Shown: positions 1 through 12,800 of the stretch, piece after piece
Layout: every line of letters begins with the position of its first letter
How positions within the stretch are numbered: position 1 is the first letter of the stretch
DNA from: Eledone cirrhosa
Taxonomy: Eukaryota
Length of the DNA: 64,000 bases
NCBI GenBank assembly: GCA_964016885.1
Contig: OZ024741.1
Location: 85,250,001 to 85,314,000, forward strand
Direction: 5' to 3'
Notes under the pieces: generated by a model
What the model saw: only the letters and a program-made list of their open reading frames with translations
Database searches by the model: none
What the model was told of the DNA's origin: nothing
Program-made: the position numbers and the translations under genes

Positions 1-276
1 TGTACTTTTACCCTTCTTCGCTTGCATTCTTCATTATGCGCTTGCGAATCTCCAACATTTGATACAGCGTTGTATTTGCTTAAGTTCTATCCCTTTCAAT
101 ACTTCCTGATGAGATGCAGTTGTGTATTGGACTGTGTATTGTGTAAATAATTGTTAATTAACCGTTTCTGATTAACTTATTGTTTACATATGCATTTACC
201 GTTATCATATGTATAGAAGCGAACGTAGTATTTTTTAAAAATGGATTTAATTTGATAACCTTGGTTTGCTAAATTT

Positions 277-449
<173 letters not shown>

Positions 450-515
450 GTAGAACACTGGAGGGTTATATCCGTAGTAGTAGAGCACTTAGTGCATGGG
501 ACGAGTTTGGTAGAT

Positions 516-659
516 GTAGTAACACGACAGTTAGTTCACTATACCGAGAACAAATGTTTCACCTTATGCGGATCTTCAGCTCAGACTGCGTCTGGCTGAA
601 GATCCGCATAAGGTGGAACATTTGTTCTCGGTATAGTGAACTAACTGTTATGTTACTAC
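516..659. repeat. Near-perfect ~70-bp-arm palindrome next to (TA)n, PLE/retrozyme terminal-repeat derived
   Basis: gtagtaacacgacagttagttcactataccgagaac...ctcagac-tgc-gtctggctg...gttctcggtatagtgaactaactgttatgttactac. Confidence 0.9.
544..584 (-). ncRNA. Minimal type I hammerhead ribozyme
   Basis: Minus strand CTGAG-CTGAAGA-TCC-GCATAA-GGT-GAAAC-ATTT-GTT-CTCGG: stem I CTGAG/CTCGG, core boxes present, short stem III. The plus-arm copy (592-631) has GAAA>GGAA. Confidence 0.7.
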
Positions 660-802
660 TTATATATAGTTAGAGAAGCAAAAAATTGCTTTTTGTGATC
701 CAGTTTTTGGTTAAGAAAGCCAGTTTCATGGATGGTTTCAACGTACGGTTAGGGGTAACTCCACAAGTTTGTAAGAATTCCGTTCAATCTTGGAGTATGA
801 AG

Positions 803-1192
<390 letters not shown>

Positions 1193-1211
1193 CGATATAT
1201 ATAACGATATA

Positions 1212-1395
1212 TAACGATGGAAGTGTGGTAAACAACCAGGTGGACCATAACGCACCAGAGTACTCAATAGTTAGAGTAGTACAGTGGGTAATAGGAAAAT
1301 GTTTAACCCCGACGGCAGAGCTCAAGCCGTTTCGACTCCAGAAATAGCCGTCAAAACGGCTTCAGCTCTGCCGTCGGGGTTAAACATATTCCTAT
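1212..1395 (-). mobile_element. Palindromic HHR-derived mini-element, family C copy 1
   Basis: Unique tail aacgatggaagtgtggt...gggta plus hairpin 1291-1395 containing GAAAC-GGC..GCC-GTC-GGGG; TA-flanked; homologous to 2021, 32785 and 50438. Confidence 0.85.
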
Positions 1396-1427
1396 ATATA
1401 TAGATATATATATAGAGAGAGAGAGAG

Positions 1428-1831
1428 AGAGATTGATTAACATATAAAAATACATGAATAATCACGGGAGATAATTTTTGCTTGCGGGTAACCGCGCATA
1501 GCTAGTTTAGGCAATATTTACCTTTAAGTGTGATTAACCTTCCTTGCATATATCCCATTAAAGAAATATATTTCATCAATTAATCAGATGGTAAGTCACG
1601 GAAAGTGGATATTATTGGATTGTCAACAAGGAAAGTGATAATTTCCAGCTATTGGTGCTTACAGAGCGAGATGAAATATATGGTGAAATATATTTCTTTA
1701 ATGGGATATATACAAGGAAGGTTAATCACACTTAAAGGTAAATATTGCCTAAACTAGCTATGCGCGGTTACACGCAAGCAAAAATTATCTCCTGTGATTA
1801 TTCATGTATTTTTATATGTTAATCAATCTCT
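1428..1831. repeat. Inverted repeat with ~150-bp arms and ~100-bp spacer
   Basis: 1428-1578 is the reverse complement of 1681-1831 with few mismatches. Confidence 0.9.
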
Positions 1832-1966
1832 AGTTATTATAATATGTTCAGATTTATTTATCTTTGAGCTTAAATTCTCAGCATATATGGCACATGCATT
1901 GTCATGACACCCATGATTTCGATTTAGATTAAATTCATTTAATTCATTTATCTTAATTTTGGACTT

Positions 1967-2020
<54 letters not shown>

Positions 2021-2022
<2 letters not shown>

Positions 2023-2227
2023 CGAAGGAAATGTGGTAAGGAACCAGGTGGACCATAACGCACCAAAGTACTCAATACTTAGGGTAGTAGAGTGGGTAAT
2101 AGGAACGAGTAAGACCCCGACGGCTGAGCTCAAGCCGTTTCGACGGCTAATTCTGGACTGAATCTCGGTATAGTCCAGAATTAGCCGTCGAAACGGCTTG
2201 AGCTCAGCCGTCGGGGTCTTACTCGTT

Positions 2228-2232
<5 letters not shown>
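2021..2232 (-). mobile_element. Palindromic HHR-derived mini-element, family C copy 2
   Basis: Perfect 61-bp arms 2099-2159 / 2172-2232, 12-nt loop, (TA)n on both sides. Confidence 0.9.
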
Positions 2233-2270
<38 letters not shown>

Positions 2271-2282
2271 ATAGAGAGAGAT

Positions 2283-2612
<330 letters not shown>

Positions 2613-2624
2613 ATGAGTGTGTGT

Positions 2625-2880
2625 GCTATTGGCACACAGTCGGTTCCGTCGACGAGTTTTCCAGTTCATTCTATCAAGGTAACTGCATGCTTGGGAAATT
2701 AACGTGCAATTGTCCAAGCATTCCATAGCCACGTGTACTCTTAACGTAGTTCTAAGGGAGATTTTGTGTGGTTCAGAGTGTAGCATAGATGGCCTTTGAA
2801 TTATAGATACAATTAATATTTGCCCTCTGGATGTACTGGAGTAACATGAAATGAAGTGATTTGCTCAAAGCCACGCGCCT
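2625..2880 (-). mobile_element. Degenerate tRNA-derived SINE body, same family as 9030-9305
   Basis: cgtgtactcttaacgtagttctaagggagat...gaaatgaagtgatttgctcaa matches the reverse complement of 9080-9240. Confidence 0.6.
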
Positions 2881-2965
2881 TCATATATATTTATATGTAA
2901 ATATATATGCATTTGTATATATACATTTATTTACATACGTACACACATATACATATATATAATCG

Positions 2966-3920
2966 AACGCAAGGAACAGCCGTTAAAACTGCCGCGTGCT
3001 GTCAATAACAACAGCATGGAAGTCGGGTAAAAATACACCAAATAACAGAAAACAGTGGCCAGTGATCGCCATGAAGCGACGAGAAGTGCGAGGTGGGTGA
3101 TAAGCTGATGAAGCGTATAGATGATTAAGAAAGAAGTGCGTTGACACATGAGTGTGATACATAAAGAAAAAAGAAAACAGTGGAAATTAAGGTTACAATA
3201 AGAGTCGAAATTAAAGTTACAAACCTTACAAAACAATACAAAACCGTAGATACATCTACAACTTCATCAGCTCTCAATCAGGCTGCAGTTTCGCATAAAA
3301 TGAGAAGACTGCTCGTGCTGCAGAAAATAATTAAACATTTCTGCTGGTATGATGCATGACAACAAAACAGAACAGACGAACAGAGAGACGAATCAAAAAC
3401 CGAGATAAAATGTGCCCGGCCAGTAATGCGTCGTTAGCTCAAATACCCTAAAGCGAAGTGGCAGCAAGTGTGAGAAGGGACAGGCAAAGAGTGATAGATA
3501 AATAAAAGAGAGAGAGAGAGAAAGTGCGAGAAAAAGAAAAAAGTCGGTCCTAGCCCATGATGTCTGTTATTTTCTGTTGCATGAGCTGGAATAAAATATT
3601 TCAGTCTTTTCAGTTCGTGCGAAACTACAAGCCAGATTAAAAGTTTTGTATTTTCTTATAATGTTTGTAACTTTAATCTCAACTCTTATTGTAACCTTAA
3701 TCTCCACTTGTTTTCCTTTCTTCTTTTCTTATCACTCCTACGTACCAACACACTCTTCTCTCAATACGTTCCATCAATACTGTTCAGTTCACCTCACAAC
3801 CTTCTGTCTATATATGACGATCACTGATCACTGTTTTCTGTCCTTAGCGGTATTTTACCCAACTTCCATGCTGTTGTCATTGACGTCATTCGGCTGTTTT
3901 AATAGTTGTTCATTGCGTTA
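2966..3920. mobile_element. Old foldback/MITE-like element with ~350-400-bp diverged terminal inverted repeats
   Basis: aacgcaaggaacagccgttaaaac...caacagcatggaagtcgggtaaaa...attaaggttacaataagagt vs actcttattgtaaccttaat...ttttacccaacttccatgctgttg...gttcattgcgtt. Confidence 0.75.
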
Positions 3921-4002
3921 GGGTTACCAAATTATTTCCATAAATTTCAAATGCACTCACGCTTGGTCTCGAAAATTGTTGAAACAACTAATGTTTATTT
4001 AC

Positions 4003-4114
<112 letters not shown>

Positions 4115-4819
4115 GTGTGTGCGTGTGTGTGTGCGTGTGTGTGTGCGTGTGTGTGTGCGTGTGTGTCTGTGTAAATATGGGGAGCATCACATATTTTATT
4201 TGAAAACACGTTTAAAGAACTGTAAGAGCCGTAAGTAGTCCAAACGTAAACTAATATCTTCTCTATTTTTGTTCAGCCAAAATGGAAGCTTCGAATCTGA
4301 CAGCGGGAAATTAAAAGTCATGCCATAGTCATCACCTTACTAGCCAAGCATAGAGACACAGAGATTGCTATATTCATGAATGCTGCAAAGTCCTTCCTAT
4401 TTAACCCTTTCATTACATTATTTAAATGAAAGACAATTTCAGTTAATTTTGTATTAGAATTTGGGGGATTCAATATGACTGATTTTCTCAATATTTAATT
4501 GGGATTAAGAACATAACTTAACAAAGGTTCTTACTTAAAATTATGATGAGATATTTTTAGATGAATAAAAACACGCTAAAATAATAGGTTTTTGTATTTT
4601 GGAATCGGGTGTGGTACCAAAATAGTAAGATAGGGCATTCGAGACATATCTAAACGTGGTATGCCTGCAATGTTGGACAGAATGAAGCATTAATTTGAGC
4701 AACATCTTAGTTACATCAATGGAAAAACAAGCAGACCCTACAAAGAAGCGTGGTAAACACTAAGACAGAGAAATTTCAATAATAATTATAAAATTTAATC
4801 TCTGGCTTTAAAACCTAGA

Positions 4820-5215
4820 ATTCGTTAGAATCAGTAGAGCAATGGATTCAATTCTTTGTGGTTAGTTCTGAGTTCAAAATCTCACAAGATTAACGTTTAC
4901 TTTCGTTTTTTCTGGTGGGTCGATAAAATAAGTAATAATCAAAGACTGTGGTATTTCTTAACCCTTTCCTGACCATATTCGAAATGAAAGTAAAGGTTTG
5001 ACAGAATTGGTAGAGCGTCGAATAAAATGCATTGCGGTATTTGTTCTGGCTCTTAACATTCTGAGTTCAAATGCCAGCGAAGCCATCTTTGCCTTTCATC
5101 CTTGTGAGGTGGGGAGAATTCGATAATATAAAATATTAGTCAAGTACTGGGGTTAATCTAAACAATTTTTCCCTTTCCTAACATTTTCTGACCTTGTGCA
5201 TAAATTAGAAATCAA
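4820..5215 (+). mobile_element. Two degenerate tRNA-derived SINE copies
   Basis: gaatcagtagagc / gaattggtagagc heads, ctgagttcaaa B-box, tttgcctttcatcc...cgataa body. Confidence 0.7.
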
Positions 5216-6149
5216 TATTTCTAATGAAAGTTACTATCTATGTTTTTGAATAATTTTGAGGGATTCCTATCAGAATTTGGATCTTAAAACTTGACCCTCA
5301 TATTTCTACATCTTAAGTCATATACTTATGATGTGTACATGTTATTTATGTGAGTAACATTGTGTTGTGGCTGTATATTAATCTTAACAGTGTATTAAGT
5401 TATTAGTATTACTTCTATGATTAAATTCCTGTTTTGTTAGGAATTCTGTATAATGCATATATATTGTTCTTTAATATTCTCCTATCCAGTTTTTCTTGCG
5501 GTATACAATATAAGCTTGGTGAGATTTCGAGAGCGTATTGTATTTGTATGGCCAATCTAGCAATGCTTTCATCCAGTTTACAACTTTCATTTTTACAATC
5601 TACTTTGTAAATCATACTGGTCATTTATAGCTCTGTTAAAACAAACGTTTGTAGTATCGTTAGAAATGCACAGATTTTGTGATAATTTTGACTAGTAGAA
5701 TAAAATCTTTACGTTTTCATGTGATATATTTATATTGCTGTTTTGTACATATGGTGTCTCATGTGGTAAAGTGTGTGATGAGATAAAATGCTTGTTGCTT
5801 CTGGTTCTAGACAAGCAGCTATATCAACTTACAACACTACTCATCGTTTTACTAGATATTAAATTCAGTAAGTACATAATATATAAATAAATATGTGTGT
5901 GTGCGTGTGTCTGTGTGTATGTATGTGTGTATATATATGTATATATGTGTATATGTATCTTGTATACTATGTCCATGAACAAAATTAGATTATTTTGGGC
6001 CGAGTCTATAGAAAATAACTATTATTTTTCACCATTGTCGGATGAATGGAGAAGGTCAGTTTATTTACAGTCTTGTGGGATTGCAGCAACTGATAATCTA
6101 AAGACTACAAATATTTCATCTTGTGAACTGATTTATAATTAGCATCATT

Positions 6150-6312
6150 ACAGACATATAAATATATGTATGTACGTGTGCGTTTAATATATATATGAGC
6201 ATGTATATATATACGTATGTGTAACTGTATATATGTATATACGTATATGTATATGTATATATACACACATATATATGTATATTGATATATATATATACAT
6301 ATAGATATATGC

Positions 6313-6343
<31 letters not shown>

Positions 6344-6481
6344 CATGCAGACACACATACATAAATTCTCAATGGAATAGTGTAAATACATATAAACAAC
6401 TACCCACCAGTATTGTATTCAGTTGTCTTCTTTCTTTCTTTCGTATCACTCATAATTGCTTCCACTTTGTGTACATACCAC

Positions 6482-6513
<32 letters not shown>

Positions 6514-6658
6514 CTATATATATATAGTTATATATATATATATATATATATGCATATATATATATGCATATATATATATACATATATGGATATATATACA
6601 TATATATATATGTATGTATATATATATATAAATATATGCATATATATATATATATATG

Positions 6659-6734
<76 letters not shown>

Positions 6735-6773
6735 TATATATATATATATGCATATATAGATATATATAGATAT

Positions 6774-6824
<51 letters not shown>

Positions 6825-6878
6825 TATATTTGGTATTTTACTGTATTGTCTTTCCTCCCTTCTTTTCATTCAACATAG

Positions 6879-6934
<56 letters not shown>

Positions 6935-7233
6935 ATGTACATACACACACACACACTTCATATGTGTATTTAGTATTTAGTGTATTGCTTTTCTTTTCTT
7001 CTTTTCACCCACGAAAGCTTTCAGCGTGTGTATTTGCTCTGGTGTGCATGCGCGTATGTGTGTTTTGTGTGTGTACCAAGAGAGTAGATGAACACATTAG
7101 ATAAACAGGTATCTAACCATAGACACAGGAAAACAGAGCAACTGCTAAACATACATACATATATACATACATGTGTATATATATATATATATAAATATAT
7201 ACATTAATATGCATATATATATTTTTATAGACA

Positions 7234-7305
<72 letters not shown>

Positions 7306-7393
7306 CATATATATATATAAATGTATAATATATATATGTATGTATAATATATATTATATATATATATGTATGTATAATATATATATATATATG

Positions 7394-7484
<91 letters not shown>

Positions 7485-7589
7485 GAATATACATATATAT
7501 ATATATATACATGAATGTACATATACATATATATACATGAGTATACACACACACACACATATATGTATATATATATATATATATATATC

Positions 7590-7634
<45 letters not shown>

Positions 7635-7653
7635 GTATATATTTATATACACA

Positions 7654-7686
<33 letters not shown>

Positions 7687-7700
7687 GTATTTGTATGTAC
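6150..7700. repeat. Compound TA/TG/TACA microsatellite field
   Basis: Low-complexity dinucleotide and tetranucleotide runs. Confidence 0.95.
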
Positions 7701-8178
7701 ATGGCTATATACATTACAGAGATACAGAGAGAGTGAAGGGGGGGGATCAATAGGTAAAGGGATAAATGATTAAATAAACAAATATATTATAAAAATTATA
7801 ATAAAAAAAAGACAGATAACAATAAAAGACACGCGCGGGGCAAATGGAATTGGTTGGAGGCGGGGAGGGGGAGGTGGTTTACAAGGCTGACACACAGACA
7901 GATAAATATTCAGTGAGGCCAGGCTGGACACATTGATAGATTGATTGATTCACTGCCTAATTCAGTTAAAACACAAAACCGAATATGCCCCCATCCACCC
8001 CACCTATGCCAACACCATTGGCCAACACCACTTCCACCGCCGCCATCATCAATGACAACAACTTTCCTCAAACTGGCAGTGAAAATAATATAATTGCTTG
8101 GGAATATTGTTAAAAATAAAATATAATACATCACAAAGTATATGATGTATGTATCTCGTATATATGTATATATATATT

Positions 8179-8302
<124 letters not shown>

Positions 8303-8314
8303 AGTCTGTGTGTG

Positions 8315-8350
<36 letters not shown>

Positions 8351-8384
8351 CTTATATATATATAGAAACACACACACATATATA

Positions 8385-8417
<33 letters not shown>

Positions 8418-8464
8418 TATCAAGAAAACGAAAAATCAGTGATGCATCTGGACTTAGTTTATTT

Positions 8465-8555
8465 CGTGTTACAAATGTTTCGCCGGCATGTAGCTCGAGT
8501 CATAGTCCTTGTATGGATCTGGCTGATTCTACTTCTGCGGGTTCTTTCAGACACG
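8465..8555 (-). ncRNA. Type I hammerhead ribozyme with long stem II, in a PLE-like terminal remnant (8420-8590)
   Basis: Minus strand CGTGT-CTGAAAGA-ACCCGCA...TGCCGGC-GAAAC-ATTT-GTA-ACACG, then AATAAA and (TA)n; perfect 5-bp stem I, one extra A in the core. Confidence 0.65.
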
Positions 8556-8614
8556 TCTGTTATGTCCGGAGCAAATTTTATCACTGTGTAACAGAGAGTG
8601 AGTGAGTGAAGGGT

Positions 8615-8850
8615 GACTCTCGTTCACGATTTCACCGAACTTATATTCATGGAAATTTGGGACTTGACTCGTTCTTCATTACTTTTCGTTGCTCCACCAT
8701 CTTTGTTTGTTTACACTCTCGCTGTTCCCTTTATTTACGTGTCCCAACGACTTTCTTTAGCCGTTGCTCGCACCAACCGGAGGTATATGGTCTTTAAGGC
8801 GAAGAAATACCGAGGATGGTTGGAAGATCACTGATGAAGGACCAACTTTA

Positions 8851-8853
<3 letters not shown>
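8615..8853. repeat. Unclassified dispersed repeat; second, longer copy at 17765-18205
   Basis: ctctcgttcacgatttcaccgaacttatattcatgg...ggttggaagatcactgatgaag..caactttatt then (TA)n in both copies. Confidence 0.85.
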
Positions 8854-8912
<59 letters not shown>

Positions 8913-9029
8913 TATATACACATACATACAGGAAAGAGAGAGATAGGAAGGGTGAGAAAGAGAGAGAGTATATGTTTATGTATATAAATATATGTGTGTG
9001 CATATATTTGTGTAAGAATTCCTGTTGTT

Positions 9030-9305
9030 TGGTGGTTAAGGCATTCGGCACATGTGTTCGATTCCGCGGTAGTAACTTGTGTGCTTGAGTAAGAAATTTA
9101 CTTTCATATTACAGCCGTTCACTAAGCTGCAAAACATTCGTTGCACCTTTAATATCACTCGCTGTCATGATGAATTTCCCTGAGAAGTACGTTAGCGGTA
9201 CATGTATCTGTGAAATGTTCAGTCACCTTCACGTTTATTTCATGAGCAGGCTGTCCCATTGGCCAAACATCTGGAACACTCGTCATCAGAACCAACGAAG
9301 GTCAT
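9030..9305 (+). mobile_element. tRNA-derived SINE
   Basis: A-box tggtggttaagg, B-box gttcgattcc, body ccctgagaagtacgttagcggtaca. Confidence 0.7.
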
Positions 9306-9306
9306 T

Positions 9307-9484
<178 letters not shown>

Positions 9485-10024
9485 TGTATGTGTGCGCCAC
9501 GATTAAATACACACAGTACATTCTGTAGAAGTGGTATGCCGCTTGTGCCACGGTAAAATGCACCCAGAGCAGTTTGCAATGGGGTTAGTGTTAGGAAGAA
9601 CATCCAACCACAGTAACCATGTATGTGTAAGATGAGGGTCCTCAACCCGCCTAATCTCGGACCATCATCGCCTGTTCAATCCATGCCTGAATGGAAAGTG
9701 GACATAAAATGATGGTAATAAACGCCTTAAAATATACAGCTTGATATCATAGAACTAGAGGCAGTTCAGTTTCAGGTAACATCAATATAATTAAACTATA
9801 TTCATGGAGACTCATGATTTATAGCTTGGCCATAATATTTGACAGCATTGCTTGAGTCAACAGAAATTTGGTAATGAACTCAAGAGTTAAACAGCCCAGT
9901 CGTTTCGAGATAATGTCTAACCCCATCATCACCACCACAACCACCAACAACCTGGAAACTTCTTTTCTACGTCGATATAATTGCTTTGTTTCGTTTTGCT
10001 TTATTTTATCATTTCTTATCTATT

Positions 10025-10370
10025 TAGGGTGGGAGATTGGTAGAATCGTTAGGATGTCTGAAAAGTGATTTCCGTTATTTTTTCCGGCTTTTTACGTTCT
10101 GAATTCAAACACCACCGAGATCAACTTTGCCTTTTATCATTCCAAGATCAATAAAATACAATATCACTCAAATACTGGAGTCGATATAATCAGATAAAAT
10201 GTTTTGCAGTATTCATTCTGGCTTTATACACCCTTAGTTTAAATCCTGCCAGAGTGAACTTTGCCTTTCATCCTTCCAGTGTCAATAAATTAAGGTACCA
10301 GGCAAATACTGGAGGTTGATGTAATCAATTTAGCTCTTCCTCCAAATTTGCAAGCCCTGTGCCTAATATT
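10025..10370 (+). mobile_element. Two degenerate tRNA-derived SINE copies
   Basis: ggtgggagattggtagaatcgttag...ctgaattcaaac...aactttgcctttcatcc...tgtgcctaa. Confidence 0.7.
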
Positions 10371-10469
10371 TAGTAAGTGGGCTAGGGATTTCTACATTTT
10401 CTTAGGGCGTGGTTGATTGTGTTGGGACCCCTTTGGTCATATACTTAATTATTATTTTTTTCATATTGG

Positions 10470-10900
10470 ACAAAACTGAAAGGACAGGCACATTCTTCTT
10501 CGGTCAAGCTCCCTCCAACTTTTTCAAGTCTCATTTGGAAAGGAAGGTGGGGGTGGAGAGGCAGTTACCTGTGAGTATATTTACCAAAGGCTGGGTGAAC
10601 ATAACAAGAATTGGCAACAAGGAATGAATCAGCTCTCAGCTTTACCTGTAGGACGGACGACAGTTGGGAGAGGGCTCACGCCCTTTGTGGTCTGGATGAT
10701 TGTGGATCTGTTGAGTTCCTGAATAAGCCTTATCTATTCACCTCTCTCTATCAAAGGGACTGAATGCCATATATAATTGTATACTATATATACCTAACCA
10801 GTACATTATTTCTATATAGAGCTCCACCTTAATTTTGTAACTTGCCTTTGTAATGTCCCCTTCATCTGATGCCCTTGTGACAAATAAAAGAAATCGTTAT
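10470..10900 (+). mobile_element. L1/Tx1-type retrotransposon 3' fragment with (TTA)n tail
   Basis: Encodes FFFGQ..NFFKSHLERKVGVER..GWVN like the ORF2 C-terminus of other copies; ends cccttgtgacaaataaaagaaatcg(tta)n. Confidence 0.8.
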
Positions 10901-11076
10901 TATTATTGTTATATTTTATTAATGTTATTGTTATTTTATTATCATCACTTTAATCAACACCATTACTATCATCATCATCATAATTATTATATTGCCACGC
11001 TCATTTATTCCTTTGCATATACATTTGTTTCTTTTTGTTTTTGTCATTATCATTATTGTTGTTGTTACTATTATTA

Positions 11077-11135
<59 letters not shown>

Positions 11136-11861
11136 GTCACAGTTTATTGATAAATTATTTATCTTTATCGTATTTGATGTACTAAGAGCTAGAATCCATT
11201 TGTGTTATTTGCAGCACGACCGACCATTCGACCATTTCGTCTCCATTCTGCTTTCTTTTCTTGCTTTGTTTTGTTTTTTGTTTTATTAATTTTACTTTCA
11301 AAATGGACTCCCCTCTTCTAAAACATAGAATTAATGTCGCTTGCGGCAGTGGGAGAGGGGAGGCAGAGTAAAAATACTGACAAAGCTTTATGAAAAAAAA
11401 TAAAAGCCGGAACATTCTCTATCAAATTAGTCTCAATTATTGCTCTACATAAAAAAAGAAGGAAAATTAGTAAAAATCACGAGGAAAACAAAGAGCTGAC
11501 AGATATTAAATATAGTCGCTGAGACGTGGAGCCGTGTAGTCAGTTTTCAATTCAATATAAAAAAATTACAAATCTAAACAAGCCAATCGCTTTCATTGTG
11601 GTTGCTCTTGTAGTTGCCACTCATATCATTACTGTAAACAGGGCAGATGTTTGGAAATAGATAGATAAATTCTTATAAAGCTGCCTTCTGATATTTGGGA
11701 TGTCATCTCACCATATTTCGTGGAGGAAAAAAAACATCAAAATACAAAATGCAAATCTGTATTAACGCTCATAACACTCACTGTATAATGTATGCATGTA
11801 TGTGAGTATGAATATATGTATGTTTGTATGAACATATATATATATATATATATACATACAT

Positions 11862-11946
<85 letters not shown>

Positions 11947-12421
11947 CAATTGCTTCCATTATAGCACCTTTTGTGTGGTTGTCACATGCACCATTAATGT
12001 AGGCAGAAAAGATGTCCAAACGATATACATTTTAATGCTCATAGACATCACCATATTCTGAAAAACACCAATCAAAATACAAAACGAAAATCTATAGCAG
12101 GATCCGTCCTTGCAGTCGTTTTAGCAGTGAAGAATTTTTTTACTATAATTGTCATGTATATCACAAAAATGAATGTTTACTTACACTTGTATCTCAAAAT
12201 ATATGTATTTTTTTAAGGTGTTTATGGACACATATGTGTTTATGTATAATAAACATATAATTACACTACCGTTGAGAAGATTTTAACATATATAGTAATA
12301 ATAAATACAATGACCACAATGCAGAGAGGTCTCGATAAGAACTGTATATATAGAGAGAGAGATTTAGAGTGAGATATGAAATATATATGTACATACACAC
12401 ACACACACGCACACACACACG

Positions 12422-12460
<39 letters not shown>

Positions 12461-12466
<6 letters not shown>

Positions 12467-12655
12467 ATAATTGTTTCTACTTTAGGCACAAAGCCAGCAA
12501 TTTCCAGTGCATTACTGGTACTTTATTTTATCGACCCCGTAAGGATGAAAGGCAAAGTCAACCTCGGCGGGATTTGAACTCAGATCGTAAAGGGACGTAA
12601 CTATGCTGGAAAGCATGGCGTCCGACCTTCTACCGATACTGCCAATCCACCGCCC
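12461..12655 (-). mobile_element. Young full-length tRNA-derived SINE with (ATT)n tail
   Basis: Minus strand gggcggtggattggcagtatcgg (A box)...gagttcaaatcc (B box)...gtagaaacaattattatt; near-identical copies at 15786 and 44091. Confidence 0.88.
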
Positions 12656-12666
12656 TATATATATAT

Positions 12667-12783
12667 AATAATAATAATTGTTTCTACTTTTGGCACAAGG
12701 CCAGCTATTACCCCAGTGTATTACTGGTACTTTATTTTATCGACCCCGTAAGGATGAAAGGCAAAGTTAACCTCGGCGGGATT
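12667..12783 (-). mobile_element. 5'-truncated copy of the young SINE, abutting the Tx1 (ATT)n tail
   Basis: Same body as 12461-12575, truncated at cggcgggatt. Confidence 0.85.
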
Positions 12784-12800
12784 ATAATAATAATAATAAT

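Noticed and set aside
99-235. CTGATGA at ~106 as a hammerhead
   Set aside because: No correctly placed GAAA and stem III found
1291-2232. Hairpins as terminators, CRISPR repeats or pre-miRNAs
   Set aside because: Eukaryotic context, no repeat-spacer array or cas genes; explained as dispersed TA-flanked elements
12540-12655. tRNA gene
   Set aside because: A and B boxes present but no cloverleaf; continues into a SINE body in multiple copies
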